Of a DNA stretch of 64,000 nt, positions 39,119 through 48,195 are shown one piece after another. The DNA comes from Chitinophaga pinensis (lineage in GTDB: Bacteria > Bacteroidota > Bacteroidia > UBA7662): positions 1,169 through 65,168 of the forward strand of contig CAMCHJ010000004.1 of NCBI GenBank assembly GCA_945874665.1. Reading direction: 5' to 3'. The notes under the pieces are model-generated. The model saw only the letters and a program-made list of their open reading frames with translations. It made no database searches and was not told where the DNA came from. Position numbers and translations under genes: made by a program. The stretch's first letter is position 1. Each line of letters begins with the position of its first letter.

Positions 39119-39438
39119 TGAGCGACATCCAAGTTTTTGTGGAAGAAGCCGATGGCAGCACCACCGCGCACAGCTTTCCCACCGATATGGGGCTGAATTT
39201 GATGGAAGCCCTCAAAGGCAGTGAATATCCCATTTTAGCCACTTGCGGTGGCATTGCCTTGTGCGGCACTTGTCACATTGCCTTGCTCGAAGGCACGGCA
39301 AATCCCCCCTCCGACGAGGAGCTCGACATGCTCGACACACTCTTCAACAGCGGTAACAACAGTCGCCTGAGCTGCCAAATTCGTTTAAGCGCCCTCAGCA
39401 ACGGGGCACGCCTTCAAATTTTGGGAGAAGGTAACTGA
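39118..39438 (+). CDS. 2Fe-2S ferredoxin (adrenodoxin type)
   Basis: CGGIALCGTCH...SRLSCQ. Confidence 0.92.
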   Translation: MSDIQVFVEEADGSTTAHSFPTDMGLNLMEALKGSEYPILATCGGIALCGTCHIALLEGTANPPSDEELDMLDTLFNSGNNSRLSCQIRLSALSNGARLQILGEGN

Positions 39439-39851
39439 TGGGCCGGGTGGTCGCCATAGATTACGGCAGCAAACGGGTAGGACTGGCCACCACCGACGCC
39501 CTGCGCATGTTTGCCACGGCCCTTGACACGGTGCACAGCAAAGACCTCATGGCCTACCTCAAGGCATACCACGCCCGTGAAATCATAGAAACCTTTGTGC
39601 TTGGCGAGCCCAAGACCGTTAAAAACCTTCCATCGGATACCGCTGCGCAGATTCAGGAGTTTGCCGTACATTTGCAACGAACTTTTCCTGGCATACCGGT
39701 GGTGCGGGTGGATGAACGATTTACGTCGAAAATTGCGCTCCAAGCCATCGCCAAAAGCGATTTAAACAAAAAGCAGCGCCAAGACAAAGGCCTCGTCGAT
39801 CAGATCAGCGCGGTGCTCATTTTACAAACTTATCTCGAACAACACCCATGA
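39438..39851 (+). CDS. ruvX: RuvX/YqgF pre-16S rRNA nuclease
   Basis: AIDYGSKRVGLA, DERFTS, D..SA..IL. Confidence 0.93.
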   Translation: MGRVVAIDYGSKRVGLATTDALRMFATALDTVHSKDLMAYLKAYHAREIIETFVLGEPKTVKNLPSDTAAQIQEFAVHLQRTFPGIPVVRVDERFTSKIALQAIAKSDLNKKQRQDKGLVDQISAVLILQTYLEQHP

Positions 39852-40411
39852 TTTTACCTATAGTTGCATACGGAGATGCTGTTTTAAACACCAAAGCGGC
39901 GCCCATCCCTCAAAATTACCCCGATTTAAAAGAGTTGGTGGCCAGCATGTTCGAAACCATGTACGAAGCCAATGGGGTAGGTTTGGCAGCACCACAGGTT
40001 GGGTTATCGATTCGCTTGTTTGTAATCGACGTAGCGCCCTTCGATGAGGTAGCTTTTAAGGATGAAAAGCGGGTGTTTATCAATGCAGAAATTGTAGACT
40101 ACAGCGGCGATGAATGGGCTTTTAACGAAGGTTGCTTAAGCATTCCCGATGTAAGGGGCGATGTTTTTAGGCCCGAAAAAATCCGCATTCGTTATTACGA
40201 CGAAAATTGGGTGCTGCACGAACAAGATTTTGAAGACATGCCATCGCGGGTGATTCAGCACGAATACGACCACATTGAAGGCAAGCTGTTTACCGAGAAA
40301 TTGACCGCCTTACGCCGGCGCTTGGTGCAAAAAAAGCTGGATCAAATTAAGCAGGGCATCGTCAGCGTCACTTATAAGATGCGTTTCCCGCGGCTTGCTC
40401 GTAAGCGCTAA
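39848..40411 (+). CDS. def: Peptide deformylase
   Basis: GVGLAAPQVG, EGCLS, QHEYDH. Confidence 0.97.
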   Translation: MILPIVAYGDAVLNTKAAPIPQNYPDLKELVASMFETMYEANGVGLAAPQVGLSIRLFVIDVAPFDEVAFKDEKRVFINAEIVDYSGDEWAFNEGCLSIPDVRGDVFRPEKIRIRYYDENWVLHEQDFEDMPSRVIQHEYDHIEGKLFTEKLTALRRRLVQKKLDQIKQGIVSVTYKMRFPRLARKR

Positions 40412-40417
40412 CTGCTT

Positions 40418-41995
40418 TTAGTTTCCTGCTACCTTTTTGTCTGCCAGTAAAATGGCTGCTTCCAAATTCACCACGCCGCCGCTGCGACTGATAGCTCCCA
40501 GGGTGGTCTTTTTCTTCCTACTTCCAGGAATAATCACCGGCTCTTCGTACAAATAAGCGCTTTCCATGATTATTTGGCGCACTTCCGGTGCCGTGAGTTG
40601 TGGATACAAACCTCGGATAACGGCTGCGATGCCCGCTACTACCGGTGCTGCCATGCTGGTGCCGCTGTTGTGGTCGTACTTGCTGCCTGGCATGGTGGCA
40701 TATATGTGGTCGCCAGGGGCAAAAACATCTACACTTTCTTTGCCATAATTCGAAAAACCGGCCAACATCCTTTCGTTTAATTGGAAAGAAGAAGCACCAA
40801 TCTCAATCCAATGCGCATATTTCACACCATCGGGCGCAAAGGGTTTTGGGAAGTTTTTTTCGATGTCGATGTTTTGGTTGTCGTTGCCAGCTGCATGCAC
40901 CAGCAGCACATCCTTGCCCAAGGCATAATCAATGGCAGCGGCTACCAGGTCGGATTGTGGCGAGTAGCTTTTGCCAAAGCTCATGTTAATGACTTTGGCG
41001 CCATTGTTTACCGCATAGCGGATGGCATTGGCAACGTCTTTGTCGTGCTCATCGCCGCTAGGCACCGCCCGTAAAGTCATGATGCGCGCATTGGCCGCAA
41101 TACCATTCATGCCTTTGCCATTGTTGCGCTGGGCGGCAATGATCCCGGCTACGTGGGTGCCATGTGAGGCGTCTGGTCCCGTTACGCGGTTATCACCATA
41201 AATGGGGTTGTCCCAGGCCTCATACGTATCACCCACCAAGTTACGCGGATTAAATGCCATGTTCAGGCCATAATTAAGCATGCCATTAACCTGCTCATAG
41301 CCTTCGAGCAATTTAGTTTCGGCATCAACAATGGCCATTTTGTTTTTTACAGCATTGGCGTAATAGCCTTTTACAACTTTCTGCCATTTCCCCGAAGGCT
41401 TGTAGGCTTCTATTTTGGCTTCATTCAGGTCTTGGCGGCCCACTGATGTTAAAAAAGCATCATTCGCAGTTTTGAGTTCCAGCATCATTTTAAAGTCTTT
41501 GCTGATTGCTTTCACTTCTGCTTGGTGCTTTTTACGGATTTCTTCGAGATAGGTGGCCTCTTTGCTGCCTTTGGTAATTTTACCGTCTTTTTCGAGGGCA
41601 CTGTACTTCACCAATTCACGTGTCATTTCGTAGGTATCGTAGTGCACTTCGCCGCCGGGACCGCTCAAAAAGCTCCAGCCGTACACATCATCGATGTAGC
41701 CGTTGCCATCGTCGTCGATGTTGTTATCGGGAATTTCACCAGGGTTCACCCACAGTACTTGCTTCAGGTCTTCGTGTTCAATGTCAACGCCAGCATCAAT
41801 CACCGCCACAACCACAGGCAGGAGGAGGCGATTGGCTAAAAGGCCCTCGTATACTTTGTTGGTGGAGATGCCGCCGAGCTGGTCTTTACGCGGATCGAGT
41901 TGATACCACTGTTGAGCGCGACTCAGCTCTTGCGCGTTGGTAAAGCCAACGGCAGTTATGAGCAGGGAGGATAGGAGAAAGGACTTGAATTGCAT
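40418..41995 (-). CDS. Secreted S8 (subtilisin-family) serine peptidase
   Basis: VAVIDAG, HGTHVAG, AAGND, GTSMAAP; signal peptide. Confidence 0.93.
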   Translation of the reverse strand: MQFKSFLLSSLLITAVGFTNAQELSRAQQWYQLDPRKDQLGGISTNKVYEGLLANRLLLPVVVAVIDAGVDIEHEDLKQVLWVNPGEIPDNNIDDDGNGYIDDVYGWSFLSGPGGEVHYDTYEMTRELVKYSALEKDGKITKGSKEATYLEEIRKKHQAEVKAISKDFKMMLELKTANDAFLTSVGRQDLNEAKIEAYKPSGKWQKVVKGYYANAVKNKMAIVDAETKLLEGYEQVNGMLNYGLNMAFNPRNLVGDTYEAWDNPIYGDNRVTGPDASHGTHVAGIIAAQRNNGKGMNGIAANARIMTLRAVPSGDEHDKDVANAIRYAVNNGAKVINMSFGKSYSPQSDLVAAAIDYALGKDVLLVHAAGNDNQNIDIEKNFPKPFAPDGVKYAHWIEIGASSFQLNERMLAGFSNYGKESVDVFAPGDHIYATMPGSKYDHNSGTSMAAPVVAGIAAVIRGLYPQLTAPEVRQIIMESAYLYEEPVIIPGSRKKKTTLGAISRSGGVVNLEAAILLADKKVAGN

Positions 41996-42185
41996 GCGGT
42001 TGAGTGGTTATTTTATTTGGAATTAAAAGTAGTGAAGAAGTGCCTCAAAACAAAAAACCAACTTATCAAACGGCGGCGGCATAACTTTTATTTGACGCGG
42101 ATAAAGGACTGGTGGTTTTGGTTGTGATTTAACATCCAGAAAAAGCGTCAACAATTACTTTTGAGCAAAAGAAAGTGGAGCTGAA

Positions 42186-42253
42186 TATAAAATAAGAAGG
42201 GTACCGGGAGGTACCCTTCTTTCGATAGGAATAACCAACAATCCTATGAAATA
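42186..42253 (-). ncRNA. Candidate small RNA (two hairpins, terminator-ended)
   Basis: TACTTATG (-7-like, one mismatch) at 42257-42264; hairpin ATAGGA/TCCTAT; perfect 11-bp stem AGAAGGGTACC/GGTACCCTTCT followed by a U-rich tail. Confidence 0.4.
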
Positions 42254-42513
42254 CACCATAAGTATAGGGTAAGATTTTGTTTCGCGCCACTTTATGCTGA
42301 TGGCAAGAACATTTTAGCCGCCAATAAAAAAAGCAATCATTTCGGGCGTCTCAGCAAGGCTTGCTAACGATAGCACTTCAGGCACAACTTATTTCTGTAA
42401 GTATGTTCCTGTGCCTAACGGCGCAAGCCAAAGTCAGGGTTGCTTTTAAAAGCAGCAAGGAGCAGACAGCTGTTGAGAGCTCCTTATGGTCATAAAGGAG
42501 TGTGTTTAAACGG

Positions 42514-43713
42514 CTATTTTTTAATAATCAGCTTGTGCACCTCAACAGTGTTGTTTTGCGCAATCTGCACCAAGTAAATGCCAGCTGCAAAAGCTGTTAA
42601 GTCAATGGCCGTGCCAGCTTCGAGCGTTTGCAAAAGCAGGGTTTTGCCTTGCAGGTTTTTGATACTTACATGCAAATCTCCGCTTGCGCTACTCTTTACA
42701 AAGAGGTGATCGCTGGTAGGGTTGGGATAGACGAGGCTATGCAATTTTGACTGCTCTTGAACATCTACGCTGTTGTTTTGGAGGTTATAAAAGAACCGTG
42801 CAGCATTGCTAACGATGTCGGCCGATATGCTGGGTGTAACTACGAAGTTATGCATGGCGCCTGTATAGCTCAATAACTCACTGTAGGTGCCCCGATTTTG
42901 CAAACGCAGCTGCAACAAGCTTGAGCCATCCACCGTAATAACAGGGAAGCCTACTGCGCGAATCATATCACGGCCGTAGGGTACTACCTCATCGGCGGTG
43001 CCATGAAAATGGATGGCGGTTACTGCACCCGTGTTCACAATGTTTGTATCGAGCACAGCCCCAGCAATGTTCAGTACGCCAGCTGCCGTGGAGGTATAAC
43101 CAGGGTTGCCTGAATTGCCTTCGAGCCCTAGGCCAAGGCCTGCTACTTCCTGGTTTACCAAAGCTGAAGTCTGTAAAGTATCGGTAAAATACGCCAAGTG
43201 AATGGCGGCAAGGGCACCTGCTGAATATCCGCCAACGTATATTTTATTGGTATCAATGCCATAGGGATTGCCTTGCTCAGCTACCGATCGTTTGAAAAAA
43301 CGCACTGCCGCTTTGGCATCGTGGGTGGCTCGCATCGCTGCTTTTACAAATTCGCGGTCGAGTGCTGCAAGATTGGCTGTATTTACACCCAAACGGTAAC
43401 TCGCCGTGGCCGTTACATAGCCCCTTTTAGCAAAGGTATTGCAGAGGCCGAGCATGATCGCGTCATCGCGCTGGCCAGATAAAAACGAGCCGCCGTGGAA
43501 TAATAAAATCAATGGCCGACCTGTGACTGCATCGCCAGCCGGTTTAAAAACGTCTAAATTGAGCAATTGCGGCGTATTGTCCCACAAAGGCGCACTGCCG
43601 TAATTGATGCCTGCTTGTACATCTACCAAAGGAAAAATTTCTTGCAGATAGCGTTGTGCATGGGCCAACTGGCTGAAGCCGAGGAGCACCGAAAGTAGTA
43701 TAGTTCTTAACAT
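42514..43713 (-). CDS. Secreted esterase/lipase (alpha/beta hydrolase) with T9SS C-terminal domain
   Basis: FHGGSF, GYSAG, HGTAD, C-terminal VYPNP...GIYLV...KLII. Confidence 0.88.
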   Translation of the reverse strand: MLRTILLSVLLGFSQLAHAQRYLQEIFPLVDVQAGINYGSAPLWDNTPQLLNLDVFKPAGDAVTGRPLILLFHGGSFLSGQRDDAIMLGLCNTFAKRGYVTATASYRLGVNTANLAALDREFVKAAMRATHDAKAAVRFFKRSVAEQGNPYGIDTNKIYVGGYSAGALAAIHLAYFTDTLQTSALVNQEVAGLGLGLEGNSGNPGYTSTAAGVLNIAGAVLDTNIVNTGAVTAIHFHGTADEVVPYGRDMIRAVGFPVITVDGSSLLQLRLQNRGTYSELLSYTGAMHNFVVTPSISADIVSNAARFFYNLQNNSVDVQEQSKLHSLVYPNPTSDHLFVKSSASGDLHVSIKNLQGKTLLLQTLEAGTAIDLTAFAAGIYLVQIAQNNTVEVHKLIIKK

Positions 43714-43827
43714 TTGCAGGCTTTTAAAAAGCTAATATAGTGTTCTGCGGTTGTAAACAAGATAAATGAGGACTTGTTTGCGATGAATGTTGCTCTAACA
43801 ATCAAAATGCACCTACAAAGACAGTTG

Positions 43828-44514
43828 TTAGTCTTGCAAGCCATTTAAATAAAGCCCTAAATCTGCTTCCGCGTCAAGCTGTAGTTTTTTGCGCAAGCGG
43901 CTGCGTGATTTATTCACCCCAGCCACAGAAATGGCCTTTATCTGCGCGATTTTTAGGCTACTGAAATGCAGGTGCAGGTAGCCGCAGAGGCGCAAATCTT
44001 CGTTTGTAAGGTCGGGATGTGCGAGCAGCAGTTTTTGTTCAAAATCTGTAGGCAAATCGGCAATCGTAAGGTTGCTGAAATGCGCTGTGAGTTGGACAGA
44101 TTTCACCAAATCGATCAGCTCTTGGGCGTGTGCTTTTAGGCTTTCAACCGCTAAAGCTTTAGGTAGCAAGTGCTGCACGAGGTGGTCGAGCACTTTGTTT
44201 TTTACTTCCAACTGCATTTTGAGCTGCAATACTTGTTTGTCGAGCTCCTGCACAAGCTCCGGAACGGCTACTTGCTCGTTTTCTTGCAGCTGCACCTGTT
44301 TGGGAATGAAGGGCTGCTCCCAGGCTGGAAGTGGGGCCTTGACGTCGTGTGGCGATGCTATTGCCCTTCGTTTCCTCCAAAATACAACCGCACCAAAACC
44401 GAGTAACACGGCCATCACCAACCAGGGTAATGCCTCATTCAATGCTGCTGCTTCCAAAAAAGCAGCGAGCATTGCCGTTAACAAGCCAGGTAAGGAAGAA
44501 GCGCAAATAATCAT
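43828..44514 (-). CDS. Membrane-anchored LuxR-like HTH protein (start uncertain)
   Basis: TM helix followed by RKRR, coiled-coil, HPDLT..DLRLC..L..S..IA..IS..V.K.R.RLRKKL. Confidence 0.65.
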   Translation of the reverse strand: MIICASSLPGLLTAMLAAFLEAAALNEALPWLVMAVLLGFGAVVFWRKRRAIASPHDVKAPLPAWEQPFIPKQVQLQENEQVAVPELVQELDKQVLQLKMQLEVKNKVLDHLVQHLLPKALAVESLKAHAQELIDLVKSVQLTAHFSNLTIADLPTDFEQKLLLAHPDLTNEDLRLCGYLHLHFSSLKIAQIKAISVAGVNKSRSRLRKKLQLDAEADLGLYLNGLQD

Positions 44515-44704
44515 GTACGAAGTTGTATACTCATTTTTGGTAAGTTCACCACCTTATCCCCTCAAAATGAGGCCACAGCGTTCAGGTAATTGGTAAAAGT
44601 ATATAATATTTATTAGTACACGCAAAATCTGAACGCAAAATTTGTGACCACCTTTTTCTGAGCCTGCCATTTCTAAGCCCTATTTTGTAACTTGCTGCCT
44701 TCTT

Positions 44705-47515
44705 ATGGCTGCACCTCACAAACTCTTTTTGCTCGACGGCATGGCGCTGGTTTTTCGGGCCTATTTCGCTTTTGCAAGCAATCCACGCATTACTTCCAAG
44801 GGCCTCAATACCTCCGCGGTTTTTGGCTTTGCTTTGGCTTTGTTGGATTTGCTGGAGAAGGAAAAACCCACCCACATTGGGGTGGTGTTTGATACAAGTG
44901 AGCCCACGCAGCGGCACATCGACTACCCGGCTTACAAAGCGCAGCGCGAGGCCATGCCTGAGGATTTGGCCAAGGCGTTGCCGTATATTGATAAAATGAT
45001 TGAGGCCTTTCATATTCCGGTAATCAAAATGCCGGGTTACGAGGCCGACGATGTGATTGGCACTTTGGCTTGGCAGGCTGCGGCAGAGGGTTATGAGGTG
45101 TACATGGTAACGCCAGACAAAGACTTCGGACAGCTGGTGAAAGACAATGTGTTCATCTACAAACCCGCCCGCATGGGCAATGGCATCGAAATTTTGGGGA
45201 TCCCTGAGATTTTGGCGAAGTGGGAAGTGGAGCGGGTGGAGCAAGTAATCGACATCCTGGGTTTGTGGGGAGATGCGGTCGATAACATCCCCGGCATCCC
45301 GGGCATCGGTGAAAAAACTGCCAAAAAGCTTATTGCCGAGTTTGGTAGCATCGAAATACTGGTAGACAGTGCCGACCAACTCAAGGGCAAGCAAAAAGAA
45401 AACGTGATCAATTTCCGCGAGCAGGCGCTGTTGTCGAAGCGCCTCGCCACCATCATTACCGATGTGCCGATTGATTTTGACCCCAAGGGCCTCACCCTCG
45501 ACCCGCCAAACGAAGCCGCCATCCGCGAGCTGTTTTTGGAGCTGGAGTTCCGCACCCTTTTGCGCCGGGTGTTGGGAGATGGGGGAAGCACCGTTGTCCC
45601 ACCCCCGCAAGCCAGCAGCGGTCAGCTCGATATGTTTGCCGCCCCGCCAACGACCTATTTTGCCACACCAGCGGCCGAGCCCGAAGCAGCACCCATCGTT
45701 TATCGCAGCATGGCCGATACCCAAGCTACTTATGTGTTGGTAGATACCCAAGCGGCGATGGAAGAACTGGCTGCGCTGTTCGAAAAACAAAGCGAATTTT
45801 GCTTCGATACCGAGTTTACGAGTCTAGACCCCCTCACCGGCGAGCTCGTAGGCATGTCGTTTAGCTTTGCCGCCGGCACGGGCTATTATGTGCCAACGCC
45901 TGCCGACCAAGCCCGCACTGCCGAAATTGTGGCACTCTTTAAGCCCGTACTCGAGGCCAAAGGCATCCGCAAAATCGGCCAAAACCTCAAATTCGACCTC
46001 CAAGTAATGGCCATGTACGGCGTGCAGCTGGGTGGCGAGCTGTGGGACACCATGCTGGCGCACTACCTCATCGACCCTGATACGCGCCACAACATGGATG
46101 CGCTCAGCGAAACCTACCTAGGCTACAAGCCCCAGAGCATTACGGAGCTCATTGGCAAAAAGGGCAAAGACCAAGGCACCATGCGCGATGTGGCCATTCA
46201 AAAAGCCTCCGACTATGCTGCTGAGGATGCCGACATCACTTGGCAGCTCAAGCAGACCTTCGCACCCATCCTCCAGCAAAACCAACTCGAAAAGCTTTTT
46301 CACGAGGTAGAAATGCCGCTGGTGCCCGTGCTGGCCGACATCGAACTCGAAGGGGTGAAGATTGACGAGCAGGTGTTGGCCGAATTCTCCAAGGAACTCG
46401 AAAAACAGATTGCCGCCAAAGAAAAGGAAATCCACGCCCTCGCGGGCATGAGCTTCAACATAGCTTCTCCCAAACAAATGGGCGAGGTGCTGTTTGATGT
46501 GCTCAGGCTCGACGACAAGGCCAAAAAGACCAAAACCGGTCAGTATAAAACCGACGAAGAAGTGCTCAGCGCGTTGGCGCTCAAACATCCGATTGCGCAA
46601 ACGGTGCTCGACTATCGGCAGGCGCAGAAGCTCAAATCGACTTACGTGGATGCCCTACCCAGCATGATCAATCCACGTACAGGAAGGGTGCATACTTCGT
46701 TTAACCAAGCCGTGGCCGCCACCGGTCGCCTCAGCAGCAACAATCCCAACCTGCAAAACATCCCCATTCGCACCGAGCAGGGGCGTGAGGTACGCAAGGC
46801 CTTTGTAGCCCGCGACGAAAACCACATTTTGCTGTCGGCCGATTACAGCCAAATTGAGCTGCGCATCATCACCGAAATCAGCGGCGACGAAAACATGCTC
46901 GAGGCCTTTGTGCAGGGGCACGACATCCACGCCGCCACCGCCGCCAAGGTGTACAATGTGCCGCTCGAGGAAGTGACTTCAGAGCTGCGCCGCAATGCTA
47001 AAACCGTGAATTTTGGTATTATTTACGGCATTTCAGCCTTTGGACTCAGTCAGCGCCTCGGTATTGCCCGCGGAGAAGCGGCCGAGCTCATTGAGCAGTA
47101 CTTCAAAACCTATCCCAAAATTCGCCATTACATGCACGACATCGTGGACACAGCCCGCAGCAAGGGCTATGTAGAAACGCTGTTGGGCCGCCGCCGCTAC
47201 ATGCGCGACATCAACTCGGCCAATGCCACCGTGCGCGGTTTTGCCGAGCGCAACGCCATCAACGCGCCCATTCAAGGCACGGCCGCCGACATGATCAAGC
47301 TCGCCATGATCAACATCCACCGCGACATGAAAGCCGCGGGCTTGCGCTCCAAAATGACCCTGCAGGTGCACGACGAACTTGTGTTCGACGCCTACCTGCC
47401 CGAGTTAGATTTGCTGCGACCGTTGGTTGAGAAGGGTATGAAAGAAGCCTTGCCCATGAAAGTGCCAGTTTTGGTGGAGATGGGTACCGGCGACAATTGG
47501 CTGGAGGCGCATTAA
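44705..47515 (+). CDS. polA: DNA polymerase I
   Basis: 5'-3' exonuclease (LLDG, EADD), 3'-5' exonuclease FDTE, polymerase motifs DYSQIELR, K..NFGIIYG, VHDE. Confidence 0.98.
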   Translation: MAAPHKLFLLDGMALVFRAYFAFASNPRITSKGLNTSAVFGFALALLDLLEKEKPTHIGVVFDTSEPTQRHIDYPAYKAQREAMPEDLAKALPYIDKMIEAFHIPVIKMPGYEADDVIGTLAWQAAAEGYEVYMVTPDKDFGQLVKDNVFIYKPARMGNGIEILGIPEILAKWEVERVEQVIDILGLWGDAVDNIPGIPGIGEKTAKKLIAEFGSIEILVDSADQLKGKQKENVINFREQALLSKRLATIITDVPIDFDPKGLTLDPPNEAAIRELFLELEFRTLLRRVLGDGGSTVVPPPQASSGQLDMFAAPPTTYFATPAAEPEAAPIVYRSMADTQATYVLVDTQAAMEELAALFEKQSEFCFDTEFTSLDPLTGELVGMSFSFAAGTGYYVPTPADQARTAEIVALFKPVLEAKGIRKIGQNLKFDLQVMAMYGVQLGGELWDTMLAHYLIDPDTRHNMDALSETYLGYKPQSITELIGKKGKDQGTMRDVAIQKASDYAAEDADITWQLKQTFAPILQQNQLEKLFHEVEMPLVPVLADIELEGVKIDEQVLAEFSKELEKQIAAKEKEIHALAGMSFNIASPKQMGEVLFDVLRLDDKAKKTKTGQYKTDEEVLSALALKHPIAQTVLDYRQAQKLKSTYVDALPSMINPRTGRVHTSFNQAVAATGRLSSNNPNLQNIPIRTEQGREVRKAFVARDENHILLSADYSQIELRIITEISGDENMLEAFVQGHDIHAATAAKVYNVPLEEVTSELRRNAKTVNFGIIYGISAFGLSQRLGIARGEAAELIEQYFKTYPKIRHYMHDIVDTARSKGYVETLLGRRRYMRDINSANATVRGFAERNAINAPIQGTAADMIKLAMINIHRDMKAAGLRSKMTLQVHDELVFDAYLPELDLLRPLVEKGMKEALPMKVPVLVEMGTGDNWLEAH

Positions 47516-47518
47516 GCG

Positions 47519-47758
47519 CTACGAAATACTATCCCGCACCCGTTGCGCAAAGGCCCTAAAAGCGTCTTTGAACGCCATGCCGGCCTCCACCTGCTCGCGG
47601 ATCCAAATGGCCCCGAGGATGTTGGTGAGCTGATCGCCTTCATCGTCGCCAGCCACCTCAAAGGCGGGTGTTTCCTCGTTCAAAAGGGCTTCTTCGGCGG
47701 CTTTGAGACTGGCGAGGTCGTGCTGCTCAGCCATGATTTTGATGGCGGGGAGCTTCAC
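47519..47758 (-). CDS. Small conserved protein (DUF6952-like)
   Basis: MKLPAIK..., GDDEGDQLT, R.F..RVR.SIS; overlaps the thioredoxin stop. Confidence 0.7.
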   Translation of the reverse strand: MKLPAIKIMAEQHDLASLKAAEEALLNEETPAFEVAGDDEGDQLTNILGAIWIREQVEAGMAFKDAFRAFAQRVRDSIS

Positions 47759-48078
47759 GACAACAATTTATTAGCGATGAGCTCTTGTACAAATTCGATT
47801 TTGGAGGCCGCACTGCCGCCTACCAATTCGCCATTTTTAAAGGCTGCAAAAAAGGGCAGGTTGTCTACCCCAGCGGTTTTGCGCGCCTCTGGATTTTCCT
47901 CCGCATTGATGTCTACAAAGGTAATGCCCGCATATTGCTCCTCTTCAGAGATACGGCGTACTTTGGGCGCAATGAGTTTGCAATTGCCGCACCAGTCGGC
48001 ATAATATTTTACCAGCACCAAGCTGTTGTCTTGTAATAATTGCTTAAAATTTTGGTCGGTTGCTAAGGTTAAAGCCAT
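47755..48078 (-). CDS. Thioredoxin-family protein
   Basis: YADWCGNC, NLP.F..FKNG. Confidence 0.9.
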   Translation of the reverse strand: MALTLATDQNFKQLLQDNSLVLVKYYADWCGNCKLIAPKVRRISEEEQYAGITFVDINAEENPEARKTAGVDNLPFFAAFKNGELVGGSAASKIEFVQELIANKLLS

Positions 48079-48195
48079 GGTTCTTTGTTTTTAAAGGGAA
48101 GCTTTTTTTGGGGGGATTAGTTCCCTAATTCCCAAAATGCTCCTAGCCTAACTTTTAGGGAAGGGTTGTTGATGAATGGGGCTCAAGCGCAGCTA

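Noticed and set aside
42350..42500. Several short inverted repeats downstream of the esterase gene
   Set aside because: Stems are short or imperfect and give no coherent fold or known motif.
44582..45790. 402-aa antisense ORF inside polA (also 33116-34015 in PBP1A and 51780-52394)
   Set aside because: These are shadow frames expected from codon bias on the coding strand; no recognisable motifs.
48103..48138. T7-G6 tract and hairpin upstream of the thioredoxin gene as a phase-variation site
   Set aside because: The homopolymers are too short to imply slippage, and the hairpin is more simply a 3' or leader structure.
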